Source: Patescibacteria group bacterium
GTDB lineage: Bacteria > Patescibacteriota > JAQUNI01
Reading direction: 5' to 3'
Length of the DNA: 64,000 nucleotides
NCBI GenBank assembly: GCA_028717685.1
Contig: JAQUNI010000003.1
Span: 64,311-128,310 of the forward strand
Part shown: positions 48,384-58,492 of the stretch, piece by piece
How the letters are laid out: the number at the start of each line of letters is the position of its first letter
Numbering within the stretch: position 1 is the stretch's first letter
Made by a program: the position numbers and the translations under genes
The notes under the pieces: model-generated
The model's database searches: none
Seen by the model: only the letters and a program-made list of their open reading frames with translations
What the model was told of the DNA's origin: nothing

Positions 48384-49124
48384 TTATATTCCTGGTCCGG
48401 GTTCAATATTGTCCCCTTCGATTCGGAAATTAATACTCCCTTTCTGGGTTGACGGGTTGATTTTAACCCACTTACTACTAGATTTATGCACCGCTGCCCA
48501 GAAGGAGTCAGCCGTCTGAAGTTCTATGCCTAATACTTGAATTGTGGCATTTCCTTGATAATCTCCCGCAGGTGGCATGGGGAATGAAGCCTCCAAACAT
48601 TTTGTATTGGGGTTGTAGGTCATTTCCCTGCCTTGGGCTGGGCGCCAAGCTGTGGAGCTGTCAACAAAATAGATTCTTTCACCAGGTCCGGGTTGTCGGA
48701 TAAGTCTTGCGTCAACAGCTACAAGGAGATTATTACCATCGCTAGAAATGTCAATAATATAGTCTCCCGTACCTTGAGTAATAGATGCTGTTGGTGCAAT
48801 ATAAGACGTTGACGTTGCTGAAGCTGCGGCGGCTGCGGAAGCAGATGCAGATGCTGTCGTTGCCGCTGTTGCCGCGGATGATTGTCCGAAAAGTCGCAGT
48901 TTTGGCTCTGGGTGCACTACAGGACCTTGATACCCTGGCGTACAGTGCCAATTCACGGGCTCGCGTTGCTCCATTTGCATCATTAACGCGCGAGCAGCCA
49001 TTGCCTTGGTGACTATTATCTCATTATCGTTGCTGCATTTTGAGGGGTATACAGCGCAACCCATCAGAACAATTGTGAGACTAAGAAATAAACCTATTAA
49101 CAGAACAGACAAAACCTTTTTCAT
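48384..49124 (-). CDS. hypothetical lipoprotein with Ala/Ser/Thr-rich linker
   Basis: lipobox LMGC; SSAATAATTASASASAAAAASATSTS; 4-nt overlap with the upstream gene. Confidence 0.5.
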   Translation of the reverse strand: MKKVLSVLLIGLFLSLTIVLMGCAVYPSKCSNDNEIIVTKAMAARALMMQMEQREPVNWHCTPGYQGPVVHPEPKLRLFGQSSAATAATTASASASAAAAASATSTSYIAPTASITQGTGDYIIDISSDGNNLLVAVDARLIRQPGPGERIYFVDSSTAWRPAQGREMTYNPNTKCLEASFPMPPAGDYQGNATIQVLGIELQTADSFWAAVHKSSSKWVKINPSTQKGSINFRIEGDNIEPGPGI

Positions 49125-49945
49125 TTGAGAAACCTCCTTGCATTTGGATCTTGCGAAAAACCGACTCCGATCAAGACTCTGTCTTGATCAAATTCGGGAT
49201 TTATTTTACCCATCCGTCGGTCTTTCTCTTTTACTAACATTCTCTCCCAAGAAATTTCCAGCCAGAATGGGAGAAGATTAATTCTGGCATACACTCCGCC
49301 ATTGGGTCTAAGCTCACTTTCCCAAATCTCACTCTGGTAATAGGCCCAAGTTGTTTGAAGACCTATTTCCAGACTTTGTTGAAAATTCACGCCTAGACGT
49401 AGACGCAGTTCACTATCTGTTCCGGGATAACGGATACCGCCGAGTTTACCGAGGTCAAATGTGGTATAGGCGGCATCAAAACTAAATAAACGGTGCCATG
49501 CTCGCATCTGGGCGAGAAATAAATTCGTGTCAAATTCACCGTTCCATTTCAGTTTTAATTCATCGCGCGTCCTGACATTGCACCAAACACTACCTAATCC
49601 CCAATTCAGATTAATCTCTGGCACGATGAAAGCGCCCAAGATTATTTTTTCATCCTTTTCTAGTCTCGCAAATTGGGGATTCCATTTTTGATAACCTTGG
49701 ATGTGGACCATTGGTCCGCCGTCCAAAGAAAGACACCATGGCAGGTCAAACGGCTTTTGCATTACGATATACATCACCGTATTTTCTTCATCACGGAAAT
49801 TACGGCTGTGGATGATATCAAAGAACACCGGCTCATCTATTTTCATATGGGCTTCGGTGTATAGATATTTTGCCGTATCCGCGTCTGCAAAAACTTTGAC
49901 CACTAACATCAACATCATTACCAAAACCACCAGCAATTTTTTCAT
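49121..49945 (-). CDS. secreted protein with amphipathic beta-strand pattern (beta-barrel-like)
   Basis: signal peptide; alternating hydrophobic C-terminal strands (RLRLGVNFQ, LEIGLQTTWAYYQ, GVYARINLL). Confidence 0.4.
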   Translation of the reverse strand: MKKLLVVLVMMLMLVVKVFADADTAKYLYTEAHMKIDEPVFFDIIHSRNFRDEENTVMYIVMQKPFDLPWCLSLDGGPMVHIQGYQKWNPQFARLEKDEKIILGAFIVPEINLNWGLGSVWCNVRTRDELKLKWNGEFDTNLFLAQMRAWHRLFSFDAAYTTFDLGKLGGIRYPGTDSELRLRLGVNFQQSLEIGLQTTWAYYQSEIWESELRPNGGVYARINLLPFWLEISWERMLVKEKDRRMGKINPEFDQDRVLIGVGFSQDPNARRFLK

Positions 49946-49994
49946 TTTATCACCTCTCGATCTTGTAGAATCTTTAGTTCTAATTAAGACACTC

Positions 49995-50096
49995 CGTCAC
50001 TGCGAGGAAGACACAAAGTGCCGACCAAAGCAATCTCGTTTTTATATTATGATGAGATTGCTTCGTCGGGCTTGAAAGCCCTTCTCGCAATGACGG
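49995..50096. ncRNA. candidate structured RNA: 13-bp closing stem, long 16-17-bp hairpin and GGGCUUGAAAGCCC tetraloop-like hairpin
   Basis: ccgtcactgcgag/ctcgcaatgacgg; ccgaccaaagcaatctc/gagattgcttcgtcgg; GC-rich island in the 5' leader of 49121..49945. Confidence 0.35.
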
Positions 50097-50186
50097 AAAT
50101 GCCCACCTTATTACAGATGATGTAGTTCTATAGAATATGAGTTCAATTATTTTTCAAAGAACATTCTTAAAATTATAACTAAAAAA

Positions 50187-50945
50187 TTATTTTTCAACAA
50201 TCTTTAAGCCGCCAATGTAGTGGTCTGACTTTTTCTCTTCTATTGTCGTATCGCCATTTTGCACGACCTCCATAACCTCTGTTTTTTCATTTTCTTGCGG
50301 TTCGGGGGGCATAATAGGCGTTGGTTTTTGCGACAGACTTTGGGTTTTCCAAAGAATTACTATCGCGCTAATCGCAAGGCCTACGAATAAGCTTAAGATA
50401 ATGTTTAGCAAAATATTCGGTTTCACGGGCCGCTCCGAGACGAGCGGCGTGTCTAAAACCACGATTCCGACTTCATCTCCTAAATTATAATAAGCTTTGC
50501 CTTTTTTGGAAAAATTGTAAATAATGGCGTTCATAATATTTTTTGCTTGCGAGGCTTCGGGATGATAGACATTGATTTCAATAATACTTGTGTCCGTGGA
50601 AACGCGGGAACTAACCATTTTAGCCCATTTTTCCCGGAGATCTTTTTCTTTCTTTGGAAAATAAATTGAATCAATCGGAAACCCAGAATTCAAGACATCA
50701 TTCATAAAAGAACTGCTTTTTATAATTTTCGCAAACAGCATAGCCAACCTCTCGGCAGACTGGCTTGCTTTATACATATCTAGGTCGGCATTTGTTTTTT
50801 GGGTAATCAAAATCCGGCCGCTTGCTCTGTAAAGCGGTTTTTGAAGGGAACTTGCGATTAAACTTACCACAATCGTGGCAAGAGTAATAATCGTAATAGT
50901 GCGCCAGCTTTGGCGGATCCGTTGTAAATATTGTTGATAATTCAT
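50187..50945 (-). CDS. Wzz/PCP-like chain-length determinant protein
   Basis: N-terminal TM, ~150-aa extracytoplasmic domain, second TM near the C-terminus. Confidence 0.5.
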   Translation of the reverse strand: MNYQQYLQRIRQSWRTITIITLATIVVSLIASSLQKPLYRASGRILITQKTNADLDMYKASQSAERLAMLFAKIIKSSSFMNDVLNSGFPIDSIYFPKKEKDLREKWAKMVSSRVSTDTSIIEINVYHPEASQAKNIMNAIIYNFSKKGKAYYNLGDEVGIVVLDTPLVSERPVKPNILLNIILSLFVGLAISAIVILWKTQSLSQKPTPIMPPEPQENEKTEVMEVVQNGDTTIEEKKSDHYIGGLKIVEK

Positions 50946-51042
50946 AAGATCATAAGATTTGTGAAATTACATTGTACACTAAATCTAAAAATCTGTCAAG
51001 CTTTTTTGTGCTTGACAGATTTTTGAGTAAGATAAGCTTTAA

Positions 51043-52317
51043 TTATTCTTTTTCGTCCATTTTACCCAAAACAACTTTTATTTCTAAGCTTTTCTCCTCT
51101 CTTACGACAGTGAGGGTGATTTCTTCATTTGGTTTATATTTTTGAAGTAAAGTAGTCAGAGAATGATTTTCGTCTATTTCTTGCCCATTAACGCGCGTAA
51201 TAATGTCCATTTCTTTCAAACCAGCTTTTTGCGCCGGGCTACCCGGGAGAATAGGCAGAAGATTGGGATCACCACTATAAATAAGAGCTCCTTTTTCGAC
51301 TGGTAGTTTGTTGAGGTTAGCTAATTCAGGGGTGATAGGGATAAGGCGCACTCCAATATAAGGACGGATAATTTTACCTTCGCGGATCACACTATCAATA
51401 GCAGTTTTAATATTATCAACGGGAATGGCGAAGCCGACCAACTGTCCTTGGCGGTCAATCGCGGTGTTAATACCTATAACCTGACCTTGAATATTGACTA
51501 ATGGCCCTCCAGAATTACCGGGATTGATTGCCGCATCGGTTTGAATCACATCTTCCAAGCTTTCCGATTGCAACATCCCGTCGCCTGCTTGAACAGAACG
51601 TCCGATCGCTGAAACAACTCCTGTTGTGACTGTATTTTGATATTCGCCAAGCGTATTGCCGATAGCAATAACTTTTTGCCCCACTTCAAGATCACCAGAA
51701 TTCCCTAATTCCGCCACAGGCAAATTTTCCGCTTGAATTTTAACGACGGCAAAATCATTAGAGGGATCGCGAGCTAAAACCTGCGCCTCGTAGTTTTTAC
51801 CATCGCTGGTGACGACGGTATATTTTGCGCCAGTATCGGCGACCACGTGCTTATTGGTGGCGATTAAACCATCGTTGGTCAGAATAAAACCTGTGCCCCC
51901 TCCCTTTTGTTGGAAAACATCTCCGAAGAAGCCTCGGGCGTCGCGCGTGCTGATGATACTCACGACGGCCGGGGAAATCTTTTTAACCGCGGCAATGACT
52001 CCCGATTCTTCATTAATCACCACCTTTTCATTTTTTTGGATGGTTACTGGCTGGTCGCTCTTTAAAAATTCATAGCGTTCAAAGAAAGGAATTGTGGAAA
52101 GATAAGGCAAAATAATCCTGTTTGTTATTATGCTCCCTATTCCGCCTGATAAGAATCCCAAAATAATAATCATTAATATAATAAGAAACCATTTAAAAGC
52201 AGAATCTTTCTTGATGATTTTTGCTTTTTGACTGCTTGGCGCTTTTGATTTGGGCTTAAAGTGCGCTCTGGTGTTCGTTCGAATAGATTTAATTTGGATG
52301 TTTTTGAAGTCGTTCAT
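51043..52317 (-). CDS. htrA: HtrA/DegP-family serine protease with PDZ domain, membrane-anchored
   Basis: GTGFILTNDGLIATNKHVV, GNSGGPLVN. Confidence 0.85.
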   Translation of the reverse strand: MNDFKNIQIKSIRTNTRAHFKPKSKAPSSQKAKIIKKDSAFKWFLIILMIIILGFLSGGIGSIITNRIILPYLSTIPFFERYEFLKSDQPVTIQKNEKVVINEESGVIAAVKKISPAVVSIISTRDARGFFGDVFQQKGGGTGFILTNDGLIATNKHVVADTGAKYTVVTSDGKNYEAQVLARDPSNDFAVVKIQAENLPVAELGNSGDLEVGQKVIAIGNTLGEYQNTVTTGVVSAIGRSVQAGDGMLQSESLEDVIQTDAAINPGNSGGPLVNIQGQVIGINTAIDRQGQLVGFAIPVDNIKTAIDSVIREGKIIRPYIGVRLIPITPELANLNKLPVEKGALIYSGDPNLLPILPGSPAQKAGLKEMDIITRVNGQEIDENHSLTTLLQKYKPNEEITLTVVREEKSLEIKVVLGKMDEKE

Positions 52318-52398
52318 AAATTGTAAGTAACTGGTAATTAAGGGAATATCTTTAGGGGATTAAAGTTATCAGTTTACTCGTTATGAGTTAATATATTT

Positions 52399-53229
52399 TT
52401 ACCTCGGTATCCATTGATTAGAAAATAAAACGCTTGAGATTGTAATAATTCCCAGAAGAAAATAAATTTTGATTAAACGTCGGGTTAACATTTGGCGGGA
52501 ATAGTATTCTAAAATGCCGAGGATGATATAGACACTTACTATCACAATGATAGCATTGGCGATGTAATTTGTGGGCCAGAAGGTAAGAGACCAGAATATC
52601 TGGCTAGCGGTTAAACTCGTGATCAAGGTATAGAGAACGGCTAAGGAAGGTGTGAAAATTTCACTCAAAAATTGATAAGTCAGAGAGAAAACAACGAGAA
52701 CAACGATTAAAAGAGCCTGCCAAAGAGGAAAAGACAAAAGATAAATTAAAGCAAAGAGGTTTGCCGTTAGAAAAAATGTAGTGAGTATGACCAGAGCTTC
52801 ATTTGTCGTGTAAACAACCATTTTCCGTTTGTCTTCTTCGGATTTTAAAATTACTTCTTGGTGGGAGTAAAAACGATATTTACTTAAGGTTGCGATGTTA
52901 TTTAGGACAATTCCTAAAATAATACTCGCGCCGATGATGAAAAAATGCTGCACATAGCTTTTTTGGGCGAGGATAAAAAGAGCGAGAATGCTTAAGGTAT
53001 AGAAAAGTGGCAAGATTAAATAGATGAACTGTTTTAATTTTTTTTGACTCAAAAATCCACCCAGATAAAGAGAAGCAAGGAGCACGCATCCTATAATAAC
53101 GCCAAAAATTTTCCAAAAAATTTCAGGATATTGAATGACGAATTCGAGACCAATCAGCATAGTTAGAGGAGGCAGGATGGTGGCGATTTTAGAAAGCCAG
53201 GAAGACATAGGGAAATTTTTAATTTTCAA
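52399..53229 (-). CDS. hypothetical polytopic membrane protein
   Basis: ~8 TM. Confidence 0.4.
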   Translation of the reverse strand: MKIKNFPMSSWLSKIATILPPLTMLIGLEFVIQYPEIFWKIFGVIIGCVLLASLYLGGFLSQKKLKQFIYLILPLFYTLSILALFILAQKSYVQHFFIIGASIILGIVLNNIATLSKYRFYSHQEVILKSEEDKRKMVVYTTNEALVILTTFFLTANLFALIYLLSFPLWQALLIVVLVVFSLTYQFLSEIFTPSLAVLYTLITSLTASQIFWSLTFWPTNYIANAIIVIVSVYIILGILEYYSRQMLTRRLIKIYFLLGIITISSVLFSNQWIPR

Positions 53230-53337
53230 TTTCTAATTTCTATTAAATTTTCAATATTTTAATTTTTAAACAGTTTGAAAATTATTTGTTTAGAAATTGA
53301 TTCATTAAAAATTTAATGAAAATTGAAAATTAGAAAT
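53227..53337. repeat. AT-rich inverted repeat (aattttcaatttctaattt ... aaattagaaattgaaaatt) with central aaacagtttgaaaatt
   Basis: perfect 19-bp arms ~75 nt apart, between the valS stop and the next gene's start. Confidence 0.6.
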
Positions 53338-53343
53338 TGAAAA

Positions 53344-55692
53344 TTATTTTATGTTTCTTGTTAAATATCTGACAATCTCTTCTCCTTCTTTTGATAACTT
53401 TATCTTTGATTTTTTTCGAATTCTGATTTGGGTAACCTTTTCCTGTATCAATTTAAATTCGTTTCGCGTTTTGCGGTCCAGATGTTCTGCGGGAAAGCTT
53501 GGCCATGGGGTTATGATTAAATCGCCTTTTTCTTTTAATTCGTGATATAGTTCTTCCGTGATAAATGGCATAAAGGGATGCAATAGTTTTAAGGTTTCGC
53601 GGAGAATCTGGCGCAGGATAAAGCCAACTTCTTTCTGTTCTTCCTTATTTTCGCTGTAGATCCTTGCTTTGGCGATTTCAAGGTACCAATCGCATAATTC
53701 ATTCCAGAAAAATTTATACAGACGTTTTGCGGCATAAGCAATCTTGTAGTTCTGCAAATATTGAGTTACTTTTCTAATCGTATAATGCAGTCGGTAGAAA
53801 ATCCAGTGGTCAGCCAGGTTGTCAGCGCTACGCGCGATTTTGAGAGCGGCAGACTCCTTGTAATTTTTAATCGGCTGCGTGTTTTCAATGACGAGCTTTG
53901 TGGCATTATAAATTTTCGTGACAAAATTGCGGGAAGCGCGGATTTTGTCTTCCATTGCCTGCCGGCTCATTTTGATATCGCGGCCAGGATAAGCGCTTCC
54001 CGCTAAGGCAAAGCGCAGAGCGTCCGCGGAATATTTTTCAATCATTTCTAATGGATCAACGCCATTACCCAAGGACTTGCTCATTTTTTGTCCTTTTTCA
54101 TCGCGGAGCGTGCCATGGATAAAAATAGTTCTAAAGGGAACATCGTCCATAAACTTTAGCCCCAAAATAATCATTCGGCAAATCCATAGGTATACAATTC
54201 CTGGCGCGGTAACCATTACATCTGAAGGGTAATATTTTTTAAGATCGGCTGTTGCTTCGGGCCAGCCCAGGGTGGAAAATGGCCAAAGACCAGAAGAAAA
54301 CCACGTATCTAAAACGTCTTTTTCTTGGGTAATTTTTTTGCTTTTGCAAAGGGGGCATGATTTCGGTTTTGTGGCTGAAATAATAGGCTGATCTGAACAG
54401 TCGCAGTAATAAACCGGCATCGGGTGACCCCAGACGATTTGTCGTGAAATACACCAATCATGAATTTGGGAGAGCCAATCAAGAGCTTGTTTTTTGTAGC
54501 GCTCTGGAAGGAATCGCACTTCCCCTTTTTCAATTGCTTCTATGGCTGGCGCGGCTAATGGTTTCATTTTAATAAACCATTGCACAGAAATTTGCGGCTC
54601 CACTACGCTTTTACAACGTTCACAAACCGCGACGTTATGTTTAATATTTTCTATTTTTTTTAAATACCCCTCCTCTCTCAAATCTTGAATGATAATTTCG
54701 CGAGCTTTATTTATTGGTAGTCCTTGATATTTCGCGGGAACATTTGTCATTTTACCATTGCGATCGATTACGATCGGCATCTGGAGTTTATGCCGTTCGC
54801 CTATTTGATAATCATTAATATCATGCGCCGGAGTAACTTTCACCGCGCCTGTAGCGAAATTTGGATCTACTGTTTCGTCAGTAATAATGGGAATTTCCCG
54901 TTTAGTTAAAGGTAAAATAACCTTTTTCCCTATTAATTTTTGATATCTTTTATCTTTTGGATGCACAGCGACAGCAGTATCCCCTAACATCGTTTCGGGT
55001 CTGGTTGTAGCCACAACTATTCTTGATTCTTGACTCTTAACCCTTGATTCTAAAAGAGGATATTCAATATAATATAACTTGCCTTCGCGCTTTTTATATT
55101 CCAATTCTAAATCTGTAATCGCAGTCTCACACCGCGGGCACCAATGAACAATGTATGGGCCTTTGTAAATCAGCCCTTCATTATATAAACGAATAAATTC
55201 TTCGGTTACTGCTTGGGCTGGTCCAGGATCTAAGGTAAAGGTTTTGCGCGACCAATCTGCAGATTCGCCTAGAGCCTGTGACTGTTCTGAAATTTTTTTT
55301 TCGTAGATTCGCGCCCATTTCCAAATATATTCCAAAAATTTTTTCCGACCTAAATCATCGCGGGTTTTTCTCTCTTCTTTCAGAAGTTTTTTTTCCATTG
55401 TCCCTTGCATTTGGATTCCGGCGTGATCAATACCAGGAAGCCAGAGGGTATCAAAACCTTGCATTCTTTTGGCGCGGACTAAAACATCAGTAATGGTATG
55501 TTGCAGGACATGGCCTAAATGCATCTCGCCGGTTAGATTGAGCGGCGGCATAATCATCACAAAAGATTTCTTTTTGGACTGATTGTCAGCCTTAAAATAG
55601 GCTTTTTTTAGCCAATATTGGTACCATTTTTTTTCAATTGTTTTAGCGTTGTATTTTTTGTCCATAAGCAAAAAATTGCTTTTTGAGCACAT
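53344..55692 (-). CDS. valS: valyl-tRNA synthetase (compact form)
   Basis: PPLNLTGEMHLGHVLQHTI (HIGH), KMSKSLGN. Confidence 0.85.
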   Translation of the reverse strand: MCSKSNFLLMDKKYNAKTIEKKWYQYWLKKAYFKADNQSKKKSFVMIMPPLNLTGEMHLGHVLQHTITDVLVRAKRMQGFDTLWLPGIDHAGIQMQGTMEKKLLKEERKTRDDLGRKKFLEYIWKWARIYEKKISEQSQALGESADWSRKTFTLDPGPAQAVTEEFIRLYNEGLIYKGPYIVHWCPRCETAITDLELEYKKREGKLYYIEYPLLESRVKSQESRIVVATTRPETMLGDTAVAVHPKDKRYQKLIGKKVILPLTKREIPIITDETVDPNFATGAVKVTPAHDINDYQIGERHKLQMPIVIDRNGKMTNVPAKYQGLPINKAREIIIQDLREEGYLKKIENIKHNVAVCERCKSVVEPQISVQWFIKMKPLAAPAIEAIEKGEVRFLPERYKKQALDWLSQIHDWCISRQIVWGHPMPVYYCDCSDQPIISATKPKSCPLCKSKKITQEKDVLDTWFSSGLWPFSTLGWPEATADLKKYYPSDVMVTAPGIVYLWICRMIILGLKFMDDVPFRTIFIHGTLRDEKGQKMSKSLGNGVDPLEMIEKYSADALRFALAGSAYPGRDIKMSRQAMEDKIRASRNFVTKIYNATKLVIENTQPIKNYKESAALKIARSADNLADHWIFYRLHYTIRKVTQYLQNYKIAYAAKRLYKFFWNELCDWYLEIAKARIYSENKEEQKEVGFILRQILRETLKLLHPFMPFITEELYHELKEKGDLIITPWPSFPAEHLDRKTRNEFKLIQEKVTQIRIRKKSKIKLSKEGEEIVRYLTRNIK

Positions 55693-55726
55693 TTATTGTA
55701 TCTTAAAAGCGCTGGATTGACAAGGA

Positions 55727-55978
55727 GTGTTTAATTGGAAAGGAGAATTTTGCAAGATGGAGATTTTGGATCAGGTTGTTACCGGCGTGGTTACTGTAAA
55801 AATATCAAACAAGGGGGATCAAAGAAGGGATTGGGTTATTTTGAAAGAAGAGCCCTTAATAGTAGTTGCAGAGAAAGTGTATAAAAAGTTCTGGCCGAAT
55901 CAAAAGAAATACAGCGGCTTTAATGTTAAATCATTTGATCCTTTAACAAATATGTTAGAGGTTGAGGTAAAGTATTAG
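55727..55978 (+). CDS. small hypothetical protein
   Basis: ORF only. Confidence 0.3.
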   Translation: MFNWKGEFCKMEILDQVVTGVVTVKISNKGDQRRDWVILKEEPLIVVAEKVYKKFWPNQKKYSGFNVKSFDPLTNMLEVEVKY

Positions 55979-56144
55979 TTTGTCATTTTGTTTTTGCCTC
56001 AATCTCTTTTTTATTTAGCTTATTTGCTTTTTATGGTAAAATCAAAAAACCTATTCTTTTGAGAAATATATTTTTGGTGTCATCGCCGATTTTTGGGGGA
56101 ACCCAGGTTTATATCGTTAGACCTGGATTCCCGCCTTCGCGGGA

Positions 56145-57296
56145 ATGACAAATAAGTTGAAACTAAAATTGATAAAAAATCAATATCGCACTTGGTTAGA
56201 AATTGACACCAAGGCAATAAAAAATAACTATCAAATTTTTCGCAATTTAATTCCCAAGGGTTGCAAACTTTGTGGTGTGGTTAAATCTAATGCTTATGGT
56301 CATGGTTTAGTGGACTTTTCAAAAGAATTAGAATGTTTGGATATTGATTTTTTGGCAGTGGATTCTGTTGTGGAGGGTTTGCGTCTAAGAAAAGAGGGCA
56401 TCAAGACTCCGATTCTGGTTTTAGGATATACTTTGCCCTCGTTAGTTAAAAAAGCGGCTATCAATAGTTTAAGTCTAACTATATCTTCTTTTGACGCAGT
56501 ATACAGCTTACCGAAATTACTGGGGCGTAAGAAAATTAAAATTCACCTCAAATTAGACACGGGAATGCACAGACAAGGGTTTTACGAAGATGACGCGCAG
56601 AAAGTATTAAATTTTTTAAGTAAAAATAAGAATATAATTTTAGAAGGTACCTATACTCATTTTGCAGGGGCGAAGAATCCGGCGTTCCCGCAAAACACAA
56701 AAAAACAGCTTGCTATTTTTCAGAAATGGATTAAAGAATTAAGCAAAAAAGGCTGTAAGCCGATTTGCCACGCCGCGGCAACAGCCGGGACTATTCTCTT
56801 TCCAGAAGCGCGTCTGGATATGGCGCGCGTTGGCATCGGACTTTATGGTTTATGGCCATCCAAAGAAATAAAAGCCTTTGCGGCAGAGAGATTAAAATTG
56901 AAGCCGGCAATGCGATGGAAAACAATAATAGGTGAGATTAAAAATCTTTCCAAAGGCGAACGGATAGGGTATGATTTCACCGAGAGGGTAGATCAAAATT
57001 CCAAGATCGCCATCCTGCCTGTAGGCTATTGGCATGGTTATCCGCGCAGTTTATCCAGTATCGGCTATGTTCTGGTCCAAGGGAAAAGATGCAAGATTCT
57101 AGGTCGAATTTCTATGGATATGATTATTATTAACATTAGCGATGTTCCTAGGGCAAAAGTCGGGGATGAAGTGTATCTATTGGGCAAAAGCGGTCAGGAA
57201 AAAGTAAGCGCGGATGATCTGGCGTATCTTTCTGACACTGTAAATTACGAAATTGTGACCAGGATAAATCCATTGATTAAGAAAATATATTTGTAG
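56145..57296 (+). CDS. alr: alanine racemase
   Basis: VVKSNAYGHG PLP-lysine motif. Confidence 0.85.
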   Translation: MTNKLKLKLIKNQYRTWLEIDTKAIKNNYQIFRNLIPKGCKLCGVVKSNAYGHGLVDFSKELECLDIDFLAVDSVVEGLRLRKEGIKTPILVLGYTLPSLVKKAAINSLSLTISSFDAVYSLPKLLGRKKIKIHLKLDTGMHRQGFYEDDAQKVLNFLSKNKNIILEGTYTHFAGAKNPAFPQNTKKQLAIFQKWIKELSKKGCKPICHAAATAGTILFPEARLDMARVGIGLYGLWPSKEIKAFAAERLKLKPAMRWKTIIGEIKNLSKGERIGYDFTERVDQNSKIAILPVGYWHGYPRSLSSIGYVLVQGKRCKILGRISMDMIIINISDVPRAKVGDEVYLLGKSGQEKVSADDLAYLSDTVNYEIVTRINPLIKKIYL

Positions 57297-57388
57297 AATT
57301 TAATATTTTTTCCCTTAAGTTTTGGGAGTTTGGCGGGTACAAGACCCCCTCTAACTCCCCCTTGCCAAGGGGGAGAAAATTTTAAACT

Positions 57389-58492
57389 GTGTCTAAAATC
57401 AAAGTTGGTATTTTATTTGGCGGAAAGTCAGCCGAGCACGAGGTTTCTTTGGTTTCCGCGGAATCAGTGATGGGACATCTTAATCAAAATAAATACGAAG
57501 TGATCCCTGTGGGGATTAACCGCGAGGGTAAATGGATTACAGCAGGCGAGCCTCTAAAACATCTAAAGAAGGGCAGACAAGGAGAGGCGCGGAAAAGGTT
57601 ACTGCCGGCAGTGCACCATAAGGACGCAAAATCTCATGTTGCCACAAAAGCAGTGGACGTGATTTTTCCAGTTTTGCATGGCACTTATGGCGAAGATGGC
57701 ACTGTGCAGGGTTTTTTGGAATTAGCGAATATCCCATATGTGGGCGCGGGAGTTGCGGCATCGGCAATAGGAATGGACAAGGTTTTACAGAAAGAGATAT
57801 TCCGGGCCAAGGACCTGCCAGTGATTAATTATTTGGTTTTTTGGCGCAAGCGAATTTTAGAAAGATTAGATCCCCAGGTCGTGAAAGAGATTGAGGAAAA
57901 AATCGGCTACCCTTGTTTTACCAAGCCCGCTAATTCAGGTTCTTCGGTAGGTATTTTTAAGGCGCATACAAGGGCAGAGCTTCGATATATGATTAAAAAA
58001 ACCGCTCATTTTGACCGCAAGATTATTGTGGAAAAAGCGGTCGCCAACGCCCGTGAGATTGAGGTGGCGGTTTTGGGCAATGATGATCCAGAGGTTTCGG
58101 TTTGTGGTGAAATTATTTCTTCCAATGAATTTTATGATTATGAGGCGAAGTATGTTGACGGGAAAAGTAAAGCGATTATTCCCGCAAAGATTTCCCAAAA
58201 AATAAGTGATGAAATTAGAAAAATCGCGCGAGAAGCCTATCTGGCGATTGACTGCTCCGGAATGGGGCGCGTTGATTTTTTAGTGGATGGAAAAATAAAT
58301 AAAGTGTATTTAAGTGAAATTAATACAATCCCAGGATTTACTTCTATTTCTATGTATCCTAAACTCTGGCAGGCATCGGGTCTTTCCTATCCGCGGCTTC
58401 TGGACAGATTGATTCACCTTGCTTTGGAACGCCACCAAGATAAACAAAAAAATGAGACTATGTTGGAATTAAAAAGTAAGTGGTATCAGTAA
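57389..58492 (+). CDS. ddl: D-alanine--D-alanine ligase
   Basis: VGILFGGKSAEHEVSLVSA..., ATP-grasp C-terminus. Confidence 0.85.
   Translation: MSKIKVGILFGGKSAEHEVSLVSAESVMGHLNQNKYEVIPVGINREGKWITAGEPLKHLKKGRQGEARKRLLPAVHHKDAKSHVATKAVDVIFPVLHGTYGEDGTVQGFLELANIPYVGAGVAASAIGMDKVLQKEIFRAKDLPVINYLVFWRKRILERLDPQVVKEIEEKIGYPCFTKPANSGSSVGIFKAHTRAELRYMIKKTAHFDRKIIVEKAVANAREIEVAVLGNDDPEVSVCGEIISSNEFYDYEAKYVDGKSKAIIPAKISQKISDEIRKIAREAYLAIDCSGMGRVDFLVDGKINKVYLSEINTIPGFTSISMYPKLWQASGLSYPRLLDRLIHLALERHQDKQKNETMLELKSKWYQ

Noticed and set aside
57330-57375. Hairpin ctccccc-ttgccaa-gggggag between alr and ddl as a terminator
   Set aside because: No convincing U-tract follows and ddl starts 15 nt downstream. 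It is more likely an inter-cistronic structure or part of the ddl RBS context and is not called.
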